Shown one piece after another: positions 56,629 through 64,000 of a stretch of 64,000 nt of DNA. The number at the start of each line of letters is the position of its first letter. Position 1 is the first letter of the stretch. The DNA comes from Nitrospirota bacterium (GTDB taxonomy: Bacteria > Nitrospirota > Thermodesulfovibrionia > Thermodesulfovibrionales > UBA6898): contig JAJZPM010000005.1 in assembly GCA_021811105.1 (NCBI GenBank), positions 38,234 to 102,233 on the forward strand, read 5' to 3'. Made by a program: the position numbers and the translations under genes. The notes under the pieces are model-generated. The model was not told where the DNA came from and made no database searches. It was given only the letters and a program-made list of their open reading frames with translations.

Positions 56629-57335
56629 CAGTGGAGTTCTCCCGGTCTCTTTTTCACCGCGGTTGTGGTGATTTCCGATATCCGGCCGTCGCTCAGATGG
56701 ATTACACGGTCGGACATCCCGGCGATGTCGGCGTTATGGGTGATGATGACCGTGGTCGTACCTAGCTCACGGTTTGCCCTTTCAAGCGCCTCTAATACCT
56801 TGATCCCGGTCGAAGAATCAAGGGCGCCCGTGGGTTCATCACAGAGGAGGACGTCCGGGTTCTTCGAGACTGCCCGCGCGATCGCCACACGCTGCTGCTC
56901 CCCGCCCGACATCTGGGCTGGAAAGTGGTCGAGCCTCTCGCCGAGCCCGACGAGACCGAGGGCGTCTTCGGGCCTCATCGGCTTTTTTGCGATGTCCGTG
57001 ACGACTGCGACATTCTCGCGGGCGGTCAGGCTCGGAATAAGGTTATAGAACTGGAAGACGAAGCCGACGTGATACCGGCGGTATTCGGTAAGTTCGCGCT
57101 CATTCGCCGTGGTGAGGTCTTTTCCCCTATAGGTCACGACTCCCTCCGACGCGGTGTCCAGGCCGCCAAGTATATTGAGGAGCGTGGATTTTCCGCTGCC
57201 CGAAGGGCCGAGCAGAACGACGAGTTCTCCCGCAGAGAGTTCGAGATCAATGCCGCGGAGGGCGTGCACCTGTACCTCTCCCATGCGGTAGAGTTTTTTG
57301 AGGCCCTTTACTTTAAATACGACATCTTCAGATAT
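56625..57335 (-). CDS. ABC transporter ATP-binding protein (MacB/LolD-type); the start is probably a non-canonical ATA at 57335
   Basis: [26 protein letters not shown] and [11 protein letters not shown]. The first canonical start (ATG at 57284) would delete the conserved first beta-strand. See the finding at 57282-57346. Confidence 0.85.
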   Translation of the reverse strand: MSEDVVFKVKGLKKLYRMGEVQVHALRGIDLELSAGELVVLLGPSGSGKSTLLNILGGLDTASEGVVTYRGKDLTTANERELTEYRRYHVGFVFQFYNLIPSLTARENVAVVTDIAKKPMRPEDALGLVGLGERLDHFPAQMSGGEQQRVAIARAVSKNPDVLLCDEPTGALDSSTGIKVLEALERANRELGTTTVIITHNADIAGMSDRVIHLSDGRISEITTTAVKKRPGELHW

Positions 57336-57575
57336 CGGGCACCTCCGGGCCGGCCGTGATGAACGCGTCCATGCTATAGCTATAGTATGCCATTACCGGA
57401 AGAGTAAATGTCGCCCTAATATTGCATAAATCAGGACAATGAAGAAGGCGGATGTGATGCGAAAAAGTCCATAATCAGTCCTCCTCGGGCGGATCCGCCG
57501 TGTGCGGACGGCTCCGCATAGCCCCCGGGTGTTGCCGGCCAACCCTTTCCAGAAGTTACTAAGAAGTTCATAAGT

Positions 57576-57750
57576 ATGAAGACATTCTATTATAAAATCC
57601 CTCCTAACCTCCCTTTGCTAAAGGGAGGAAGGTTGCCCCTCTTTGGAGTAACGCCCTCCCGAAAGCATTCGGGACACCCCTCTTAAGATAAGAGGGGGAA
57701 GGGGGAGTTATGATACCGGAGAGGGGTGCGGGGAGATTTTACATTCAATG
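57576..57750 (+). repeat. Dispersed hairpin repeat, copy 4 (the longest)
   Basis: ATGAAGACATTCTATTATAAAATCCCTCCTAACCTCCCTTTGCTAAAGGGAGG ... CCCCTCTTAAGATAAGAGGGG ... GGGGGAGTTATGATACCGGAGAGGGGT. Confidence 0.8.
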
Positions 57751-57873
57751 TTCTTTTACCTATGCACCAATTAATAATTATTGCAGAAGCTGCGTTTACG
57801 TGAATCAAAATCTGATCCTGCCGCTTTTATGGCTTTTTCCAGCATGTCCGCCTCTGTCTTATAAAATGAGGGG

Positions 57874-58965
57874 CTACCTTTGTCTATCAAACGCCTCGGC
57901 GACGCTTTTATGGACGATCATGCCCCGGTAGGTATTGAGCGCGCTCCTTAGCGAAGGGTCTTCGCTGACCGCCTTTTCGACCCCCAGGTTCGCGATTGTC
58001 TTTATGTACGGCAGCGTCGCGTTCGTGAGCGCGATCGTGGAGGTCCGCGGGAAGGCGCCGGGCATGTTGGCGACCGCGTAATGTATGACGCCGTCGACGG
58101 TGTAAACGGGATTGTCGTGGGTAGTCGGCTTGGAAGTCTCGGTGCAGCCGCCCTGGTCCACCGAGACATCGACAATCACCGCCCCTTTTTTCATCGACCG
58201 GAGCATGTCTCTCGTGATCAGCACCGGCGTCCTGCCGCCGGGCACGAGCACCGCGCCTATCACTATGTCGGCATCCCTGATCTCTTCAGCCACGTCATGC
58301 GCTGTCACAGGGAGTGTATGGATCCTCCCCATGAACAGCTCATCGAGCCTCTGAAGTTTATCAGTCCCCTTGCTGATGACGACCGTATCCATCCCGAGGC
58401 CGATGCAGACCCTCGCCGCGTTGCCGCCCACGACACCCGCCCCGAGGATGAGCGCCTTTGCCGGCCTGACCCCGGCGACCCCGGTCGCCAATACCCCTGT
58501 ACCTCCGTGGATCATCTGAAGGTAATAGACACCCATGAGCGGCGCCATCCTGCCGGCCACTTCGCTCATGGGGGAAAGGAGCGGGAGGCCCCCCTCTTTT
58601 TCGAGGGTCTCATATCCTATTGCGGCAATTTCCTTCTCCAGAAGAAACTCGGTGAGGCTTCTGTTCGGCGCTAGATGGAGGTACGTGAAGATCGCCTGTC
58701 CGGTCCTCAAAAGACCGTATTCCTCCGGCAGCGGCTCTTTTACTTTGACGATGAGGTCGGACTTTTGGAAGAGGATGTTTCTCTCAACGACGTCTGCGTC
58801 GGCATCGAGATATTCATCATCCCGGAACCCGCTTCCTGCCCCTGCATCCTTTTCGACCAGCACGGTGTGGCCCGAACTTTTGAGCTCCTTCACCCCGGAA
58901 GGTACGATGCCGACCCTGTATTCCTCTTTTTTTATTTCCTTCGGGACCCCGATTATCATCTTCAT
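57874..58965 (-). CDS. ald: Alanine dehydrogenase
   Basis: [23 protein letters not shown] and [11 protein letters not shown] (Rossmann fold). Full-length match to the Ald pattern. Confidence 0.93.
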   Translation of the reverse strand: MKMIIGVPKEIKKEEYRVGIVPSGVKELKSSGHTVLVEKDAGAGSGFRDDEYLDADADVVERNILFQKSDLIVKVKEPLPEEYGLLRTGQAIFTYLHLAPNRSLTEFLLEKEIAAIGYETLEKEGGLPLLSPMSEVAGRMAPLMGVYYLQMIHGGTGVLATGVAGVRPAKALILGAGVVGGNAARVCIGLGMDTVVISKGTDKLQRLDELFMGRIHTLPVTAHDVAEEIRDADIVIGAVLVPGGRTPVLITRDMLRSMKKGAVIVDVSVDQGGCTETSKPTTHDNPVYTVDGVIHYAVANMPGAFPRTSTIALTNATLPYIKTIANLGVEKAVSEDPSLRSALNTYRGMIVHKSVAEAFDRQR

Positions 58966-59402
58966 TCGAAATAGGAGAGGATCTCAGCCTTTTTCTTCTT
59001 GGTCAGGTTCGCCGAAACGTTCTTTGCAAGCCTCGCCTTTGCCCAGGAAGAGAGCTTCTCGACGATGCGGCCGTTGATCCCGGCCGGGGCCGCAAGATAC
59101 CATTCCGTACCGTTTTCTTTCAGGAGTATCTTTTCGATATCTCCCGCGATGCACTTAACCATCTTCTTCTCGGCCTCGAGTTCGATGTTGTGAGTTTCAC
59201 CGTTTCCCGTCGCCGTCCCGCCCTTGCCCCCCATAAGCCCGAACTTCCCGTTGGCGTCGCTGTATTTCTCGGATAATTTGCCGTGCGCCTCGGTGGAATC
59301 ATAGCTCTCGATCAGTTCCAGATGCGGGCTTTCCAAGGGTTTCTGTGTTACGCCGTACGCCTTGAAATGACCCAAGTCTACTGCGATTATTATCCTGTCC
59401 AT
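58962..59402 (-). CDS. Host-attachment-protein / baeRF-like family protein
   Basis: IIAVDLGHFKAY... and the C-terminal ...NVSANLTKKKKAEILSYF resemble PF10116-type proteins. Assignment is from memory. The ATG at 59402 is preferred over the TTG at 59420. Confidence 0.45.
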   Translation of the reverse strand: MDRIIIAVDLGHFKAYGVTQKPLESPHLELIESYDSTEAHGKLSEKYSDANGKFGLMGGKGGTATGNGETHNIELEAEKKMVKCIAGDIEKILLKENGTEWYLAAPAGINGRIVEKLSSWAKARLAKNVSANLTKKKKAEILSYFE

Positions 59403-59576
59403 AGGGCCCCTTTCTTTCAAGATTACTTTTTTTAGTTCGGTCTCCTCAGTTCCATTGTATCCGTTTATGGACAGCTTGCAAAGAGGAAAAAGTGACGCCT
59501 GTGGGTGGGCGCTAAAAAAAAGTACTTCATCAGGAAATCACTTCCGAATTTGGGGATAAGATGCTACAATTACAGC

Positions 59577-61502
59577 ATGGCGGAAAAGGAAGACCCTAAC
59601 GTAAAGGAGAACATCTCGGAAAAACTGAAAAACCCGCAGTGGCGGATGGGGATCGTTATCGTCCTCGTTTTTCTGGTCATGCTTATCTGGAGCCAGTATT
59701 TCGCCCCTTCCGGGCCGCAACAGTACGACGTAAGCTACACCCGGTTCATCGATCAGCTCAACGCCGGAAACATCAAATCTGTCTCTATAAAAAAGCTCCA
59801 GGTGACGGGCGAGTTCATCAAGGGGGTAGATATCACGTACCCTGGAGAAAAGAAACCCGTGACGGTCAAGGATTTCCGGACCTATCTGCCGTCTTTTCAG
59901 GGGGAGGGGCTTCTTGCGGAGCTCGAAAAAAAGAACGTGACGATCACCGTCGAGCCGGAGGAGGGGAGGTCGCTCTTTTGGCAGTTCGTCATCGGCATCC
60001 TCCCGTGGGTGGTGATCATCGGGGTCTGGGTGCTGATCATGAGGAGGGCGCAGCACCAGATACAGGGCGGTCCCGGGGGACTTTTCACCTTCGGGGCGAG
60101 CAAGGCGAAGCTCTTCGACGCGAAAAAGCCGAGCGTCACCTTTCAGGACGTAGCGGGGATGGACAACGTGAAACAGGAGCTCCGTGAGACCATCGAGTAT
60201 CTGAAGGACCCTTCGAAATACGCACAGATCGGGGCGAATGTCCCGAAGGGTGTGCTTCTGGTCGGACCGCCGGGGACCGGCAAGACGCTTCTTGCCCGCG
60301 CCACCGCAGGCGAGGCCGGTGTGCCTTTTTACAGCATCAGCGCGTCGGAGTTTATCGAAATGTTCGTCGGCGTCGGTGCCTCGCGCGTGAGGGACATGTT
60401 CCAGAAGGCAAAAGCGTCTCACCCAAGCATCATCTTCATCGATGAGATCGACGCGGTCGGCCGTACGCGCGGGGCAGGGCTCGGTGGTGGACACGACGAA
60501 AGGGAACAGACCCTTAACCAGCTCCTGAGCGAGATGGACGGCTTCGACCCCCATGAGGAGGTGATCGTTATTGCGGCAACCAACAGGCCCGACGTGCTCG
60601 ATCCGGCGCTTCTGAGACCCGGACGTTTCGATAGACATATCGTGGTCGACAGGCCGGGGTGGAAGGAACGGAGGGCGATCCTTCAGATCCACGTGAGGGA
60701 CAAGATCATGTCGGACGACGTGGACCTCGAGACGATCGCGAAGGGCACGCCCGGTATGACCGGCGCGGACCTCGAAAACCTTGCGAACGAGGCGGCACTC
60801 GTGGCCTTGCGGAAGAAGAAGGAAAAAGTGGAGATGAGCGATTTCGAGGAGGCGAAGGATATCATCCTTATGGGCTCCGAGCGGGAGGAGACAATCAGCG
60901 ATTTCGAGAAGAAGATCACCGCCTACCACGAGGCCGGCCATACCCTTGTCGCGCGGGAGCTGCCGGGCACCGACCCTATCTATAAGGTGAGCATCATCCC
61001 CCGCGGCATGGCGATGGGCGTGACGCAGCTTCTTCCGGAGGAGGACAGGCATTATTATCCGAAGGCGTATCTCGTGAACAGGCTCTGCGTGGCGCTCGGC
61101 GGCAGGAACGCCGAGAAGCTGGTCTTCAACGACGTCAGCAGCGGCGCACAGAACGACCTGAAGGATGCGACGTCGCTCGCCGAAAAGATGGTCGCACAAT
61201 GGGGCATGAGCGACAAGGTCGGTCCGGTGAACCTAGGCAGGGGCGAGGAGCACCCGTTTCTCGGACGCGAGCTCTCGATGCCGAAGCGCTACAGCGAAGA
61301 GATGGCCTGGATCATGGACCAGGAGATCCAGAAGCTGATCAACGAGGCCGATGCGAAGGCACGGGAGATCCTTTCCGGAAACAGGCCGGTGCTCGACGCG
61401 CTCGCCGAGGCGCTCATGAAGGAAGAGGTCCTCGAAAAAGGACAGATCGAAAAGATCATCAAAGAAGCGAAGGGAAACGGCTCGCCTCCGGCCGGCAGCT
61501 AA
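59577..61502 (+). CDS. ftsH: ATP-dependent zinc metalloprotease FtsH
   Basis: [22 protein letters not shown] and the HEAGHTL zinc site. Two N-terminal TM helices. Confidence 0.97.
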   Translation: MAEKEDPNVKENISEKLKNPQWRMGIVIVLVFLVMLIWSQYFAPSGPQQYDVSYTRFIDQLNAGNIKSVSIKKLQVTGEFIKGVDITYPGEKKPVTVKDFRTYLPSFQGEGLLAELEKKNVTITVEPEEGRSLFWQFVIGILPWVVIIGVWVLIMRRAQHQIQGGPGGLFTFGASKAKLFDAKKPSVTFQDVAGMDNVKQELRETIEYLKDPSKYAQIGANVPKGVLLVGPPGTGKTLLARATAGEAGVPFYSISASEFIEMFVGVGASRVRDMFQKAKASHPSIIFIDEIDAVGRTRGAGLGGGHDEREQTLNQLLSEMDGFDPHEEVIVIAATNRPDVLDPALLRPGRFDRHIVVDRPGWKERRAILQIHVRDKIMSDDVDLETIAKGTPGMTGADLENLANEAALVALRKKKEKVEMSDFEEAKDIILMGSEREETISDFEKKITAYHEAGHTLVARELPGTDPIYKVSIIPRGMAMGVTQLLPEEDRHYYPKAYLVNRLCVALGGRNAEKLVFNDVSSGAQNDLKDATSLAEKMVAQWGMSDKVGPVNLGRGEEHPFLGRELSMPKRYSEEMAWIMDQEIQKLINEADAKAREILSGNRPVLDALAEALMKEEVLEKGQIEKIIKEAKGNGSPPAGS

Positions 61503-61812
61503 GCGTCAATTAACCTTTTCAGTTCCGAAGCAAAAGCATCGCCCCGGGCAGGGGAAATATCCACTTTGCACTGAAAACGCGTGCAAATAGCAGCTTCTTG
61601 AAAATCTGCAGGAGTCGCAGTGTTCGATGACTACTGAGTACCCTCCTAATCAGCAAAAAATGGTATGTTCATTTGCCGCTATAGTTGACAGGAGTCCGCA
61701 GGGATGACGATCCAGAGAGTTCTGTGGGCTACAAGTAGAAAAAGTTGCAAGGCTAACATCCCACAGGGCTCTTGACAGTGTGGCCTTTAATGGGTGACCC
61801 CGCATCCCCTGA

Positions 61813-62274
61813 TTATGGGCTGCAGACAGTCACATATATGGGTATCGGAGTGACCTTGGTCTGAGCAGTTTGCTGAGTCAGGTCGAATGTCATCCTCGTT
61901 ATCGTACTCGTACCACCCGTCTCGAAGTTCAGCACAAGATGACTTACCGTGAAGGATGTGTTAGTGGAATTGACCAGGGAAGAAACCAACGTTGCAACAA
62001 AGGTGTTTCCATCGATCATCCCAGTTCCACTTATTGGCTCATCCAGCCCTGGTGCGCCACTACCATTCAATACAAAGTGGCCACTACCATAGTTTAGAAT
62101 GCCTAGTTTCATAAGCAAAACTGGCGGCATCCCCATAACGCCCGGCGTAGCTTCCCATATACAAGCTTCTCCGAGATAGCTCACTTCAGCGTGAGCATAT
62201 GTAGAGGTGTAAAAAGATAAGCACACCAATAGAGCCAGCATCAATAACATTTTCTTGCTATTCTTTGTTTTCAT
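61813..62274 (-). CDS. Hypothetical secreted protein (beta-rich)
   Basis: MKTKNSKKMLLMLALLVCLSFYTSTYAHA signal peptide, with an AAAAGGAGAAG SD. AT-richer than the bulk of the window. Confidence 0.5.
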   Translation of the reverse strand: MKTKNSKKMLLMLALLVCLSFYTSTYAHAEVSYLGEACIWEATPGVMGMPPVLLMKLGILNYGSGHFVLNGSGAPGLDEPISGTGMIDGNTFVATLVSSLVNSTNTSFTVSHLVLNFETGGTSTITRMTFDLTQQTAQTKVTPIPIYVTVCSP

Positions 62275-62322
62275 CTTTCTTCTCCTTTTCATAATGATGT
62301 GCTTCAATTCCTCATCATCAAA

Positions 62323-62346
62323 GAGGGCGAGGTCTTACTCGCCCTC
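62323..62346 (-). terminator. 9-bp GC hairpin (GAGGGCGAG-N6-CTCGCCCTC) between the BNR gene and the downstream small gene; only T3 follows
   Basis: Direct reading. Weak as a terminator; it may be an intra-operon stem-loop. Confidence 0.35.
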
Positions 62347-62369
62347 CTTTCACCGCCGGTCAAACCCGC

Positions 62370-64000
62370 TCAAGGCACAATTGTCGACATATAAATATCG
62401 CCAATACCCGAAGTAACAGGAATACCTACCCATGCGGGAAAATAGTTATTCACGTTTGAGATAGTCTGGTCCCAGATGTCCTGGTAATCGCCGATAAAGC
62501 ATGGATACTGGGTATATCTTGTAGGATCAGATTGGAAAGTGCTCACTCGCGTATTGCCTTGGAGAAGCCTTCCCGTCGAATCGATACGAGACATATATTC
62601 ATAGTACCTAATATTGTTGGTGTCGTCTCTCTTGTCGTAGAAGGTCACAGTTAGGCTTCCGGTCAGGTCGAAATCAAGAGCCGGCAGGAATTGGTCGTTT
62701 GAGGCTGCGTCACTGATCTTAACCTTGCTTTGCCATCCGGAGGGTGATTTGGCAGTGTAATAAACATCTGTGGTACAGCCCGAGGAGCCCGGAGGAAGAC
62801 TATTACAATTGGAAGGACTCCCTTGTTGCCATTCGTGCCAGACTACGGATATCTTATTGGCAACCCAATTGAAGCGAGCCATTGATAACGAGGGAGCCCG
62901 AATGCCATTATTGGAGCCGCTGCATTTGAGAAAACCATATTCCTGTGACCCGCTGTAGTGTGGGAAGACCAGATTTCCGCTAACCGCGATTTCGGGCGCA
63001 CTCCAGGTTGAACCCGTGTCCTTAGAAGTGGACATGTAGATAGTGTTATTGCTGAAATCCGTCCACAACACGTATACGTACCCACTATAATAATCTACTA
63101 AAACCTGGACTCCGTTTATTACATCTTGACTTGAAAACGGGACTGTAGTCTGCGGAAATGTAACTCCTCCGTCTATACTTCTGCTGACGCCAATATACGT
63201 AGTAGGCGGGTATGTTCCGCCATAAATATATACATACGTTGCGTAAACGTAGCCAAGATCAGAGCCTCTGTGCCAGGAAACATCAATTGCCGGTTTGTCG
63301 AAGGTGGACGTTGAATCACTCGGATTAGAGATTACGATTGTTGGTTGAGACCAGGAACGCCCGCCGTCGTCACTATGCCATACGGCAATACCATTTGGGG
63401 GGGCTTGGTTGGGATTATAAATTAATCCCGTTGAGTATACTCTTCCAGGTGCGACACCGCCATTGATTGCATTCTTAGACATAAGAGGATCAGCAGAGTA
63501 TTGATAACCAGGCGGCATCGACAGTTGTCCGCGATAAAACGTAGAAAAGTTTGGGGTAGTGGAATAGTAAATTCCTGGCGTACCATTGGAAAGAAACTTG
63601 ATATAGGTTGTCGATTTGTATATCGTACCGTTGCTGTTATATGCCATGACCGACGGTTCCACGTCTTGATTATTATCACCAGTCATATTGTATGAAGGTG
63701 AAATTGACAGAGCCGGCGCGACTTGCCCGATAGTCGGACTCGTCTCTTGAAGAGGATATTGTGGATTTGATGGTAAAAGGCCCATGTCCTTCAAATAGCT
63801 GTAATAAGGAACCCCACTCAGATAGTTAAGAATATCCGGCGCCGCGTAAGTGCTCGAAACTGGCGGTATGGGAACCACAAATGTCTCTGCAGGCTGCGGA
63901 GGAAATTCGGGCTCGATAGACGGCACATTAGATATCTCCTGCTGGTGTTCAAATTCCGGCGATGCAAAAGATAGGCCTGAAAGTAAAAGAAAAAATATCA
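62370..64000 (-). CDS. Secreted BNR/Asp-box repeat (sialidase-fold-like) protein; 5' end lies beyond the window
   Basis: Asp-boxes SDDGGRSW, SIDGGVTF and SKDTGSTW. The frame stays open upstream of the ORF-track GTG (63926) through ...IFFLLLSGLSFASPEFEHQQEISN, a signal-peptide-like segment, up to the window edge. Confidence 0.75.
   Translation of the reverse strand, partial: IFFLLLSGLSFASPEFEHQQEISNVPSIEPEFPPQPAETFVVPIPPVSSTYAAPDILNYLSGVPYYSYLKDMGLLPSNPQYPLQETSPTIGQVAPALSISPSYNMTGDNNQDVEPSVMAYNSNGTIYKSTTYIKFLSNGTPGIYYSTTPNFSTFYRGQLSMPPGYQYSADPLMSKNAINGGVAPGRVYSTGLIYNPNQAPPNGIAVWHSDDGGRSWSQPTIVISNPSDSTSTFDKPAIDVSWHRGSDLGYVYATYVYIYGGTYPPTTYIGVSRSIDGGVTFPQTTVPFSSQDVINGVQVLVDYYSGYVYVLWTDFSNNTIYMSTSKDTGSTWSAPEIAVSGNLVFPHYSGSQEYGFLKCSGSNNGIRAPSLSMARFNWVANKISVVWHEWQQGSPSNCNSLPPGSSGCTTDVYYTAKSPSGWQSKVKISDAASNDQFLPALDFDLTGSLTVTFYDKRDDTNNIRYYEYMSRIDSTGRLLQGNTRVSTFQSDPTRYTQYPCFIGDYQDIWDQTISNVNNYFPAWVGIPVTSGIGDIYMSTIVP

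Overview
By eye this is a roughly 55-58% GC bacterial chromosome segment. Gene content suggests an anaerobic Nitrospirota/Desulfobacterota-like organism, but taxonomy cannot be proven from the sequence alone. I recognised no rRNA, tRNA, CRISPR array, transposase or integrase.

Housekeeping content:
- System II cytochrome c biogenesis (ResB-like + CcsA).
- An EF-G paralogue.
- A dTDP-rhamnose operon (rmlA-long, rmlC, rmlB, rmlD).
- MutS2.
- An F1Fo ATP synthase operon b'-b-delta-alpha-gamma-beta-epsilon that lacks the a and c subunits.
- A MacAB/DevCBA-like ABC exporter, alanine dehydrogenase and FtsH.

Accessory or unusual content, best candidates for something undescribed first:
1. 44.5-46.05 kb: a 66-aa polycationic (A/T)AKK-repeat peptide with a C-terminal CC tail. 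A hairpin plus T7 follows it, then a radical SAM/SPASM enzyme with a ~90-aa N-terminal extension. A TonB receptor and an SBP/HK/sigma54-RR module flank the pair.
2. 19.2-24.9 kb: a YedE-type transporter, a CxC-permease fusion, a cupin, a PqqD-like protein, a radical SAM/SPASM enzyme and a SPASM paralogue that has lost the CxxxCxxC motif. No precursor gene is visible.
3. 3.4-10.95 kb: three B12-binding (class B) radical SAM enzymes around a LuxE/PaaK-like adenylating enzyme, with several small ORFs. One is a free-standing promoter / 20-aa ORF / stem-loop unit.

Other observations:
- Two toxin-antitoxin loci, one with a frameshifted toxin.
- A 129-bp repeat present twice in inverted orientation.
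- A dispersed hairpin-repeat family.
- A 15-mer that recurs upstream of three consecutive genes.
- An inverted-repeat-flanked four-helix-bundle gene.
- A near-consensus sigma54 promoter after the NtrC-type regulator.
- A probable ATA start codon.
- An AT-richer right end encoding secreted proteins.

All functional calls come from my reading of the translated motifs. No database search was run.
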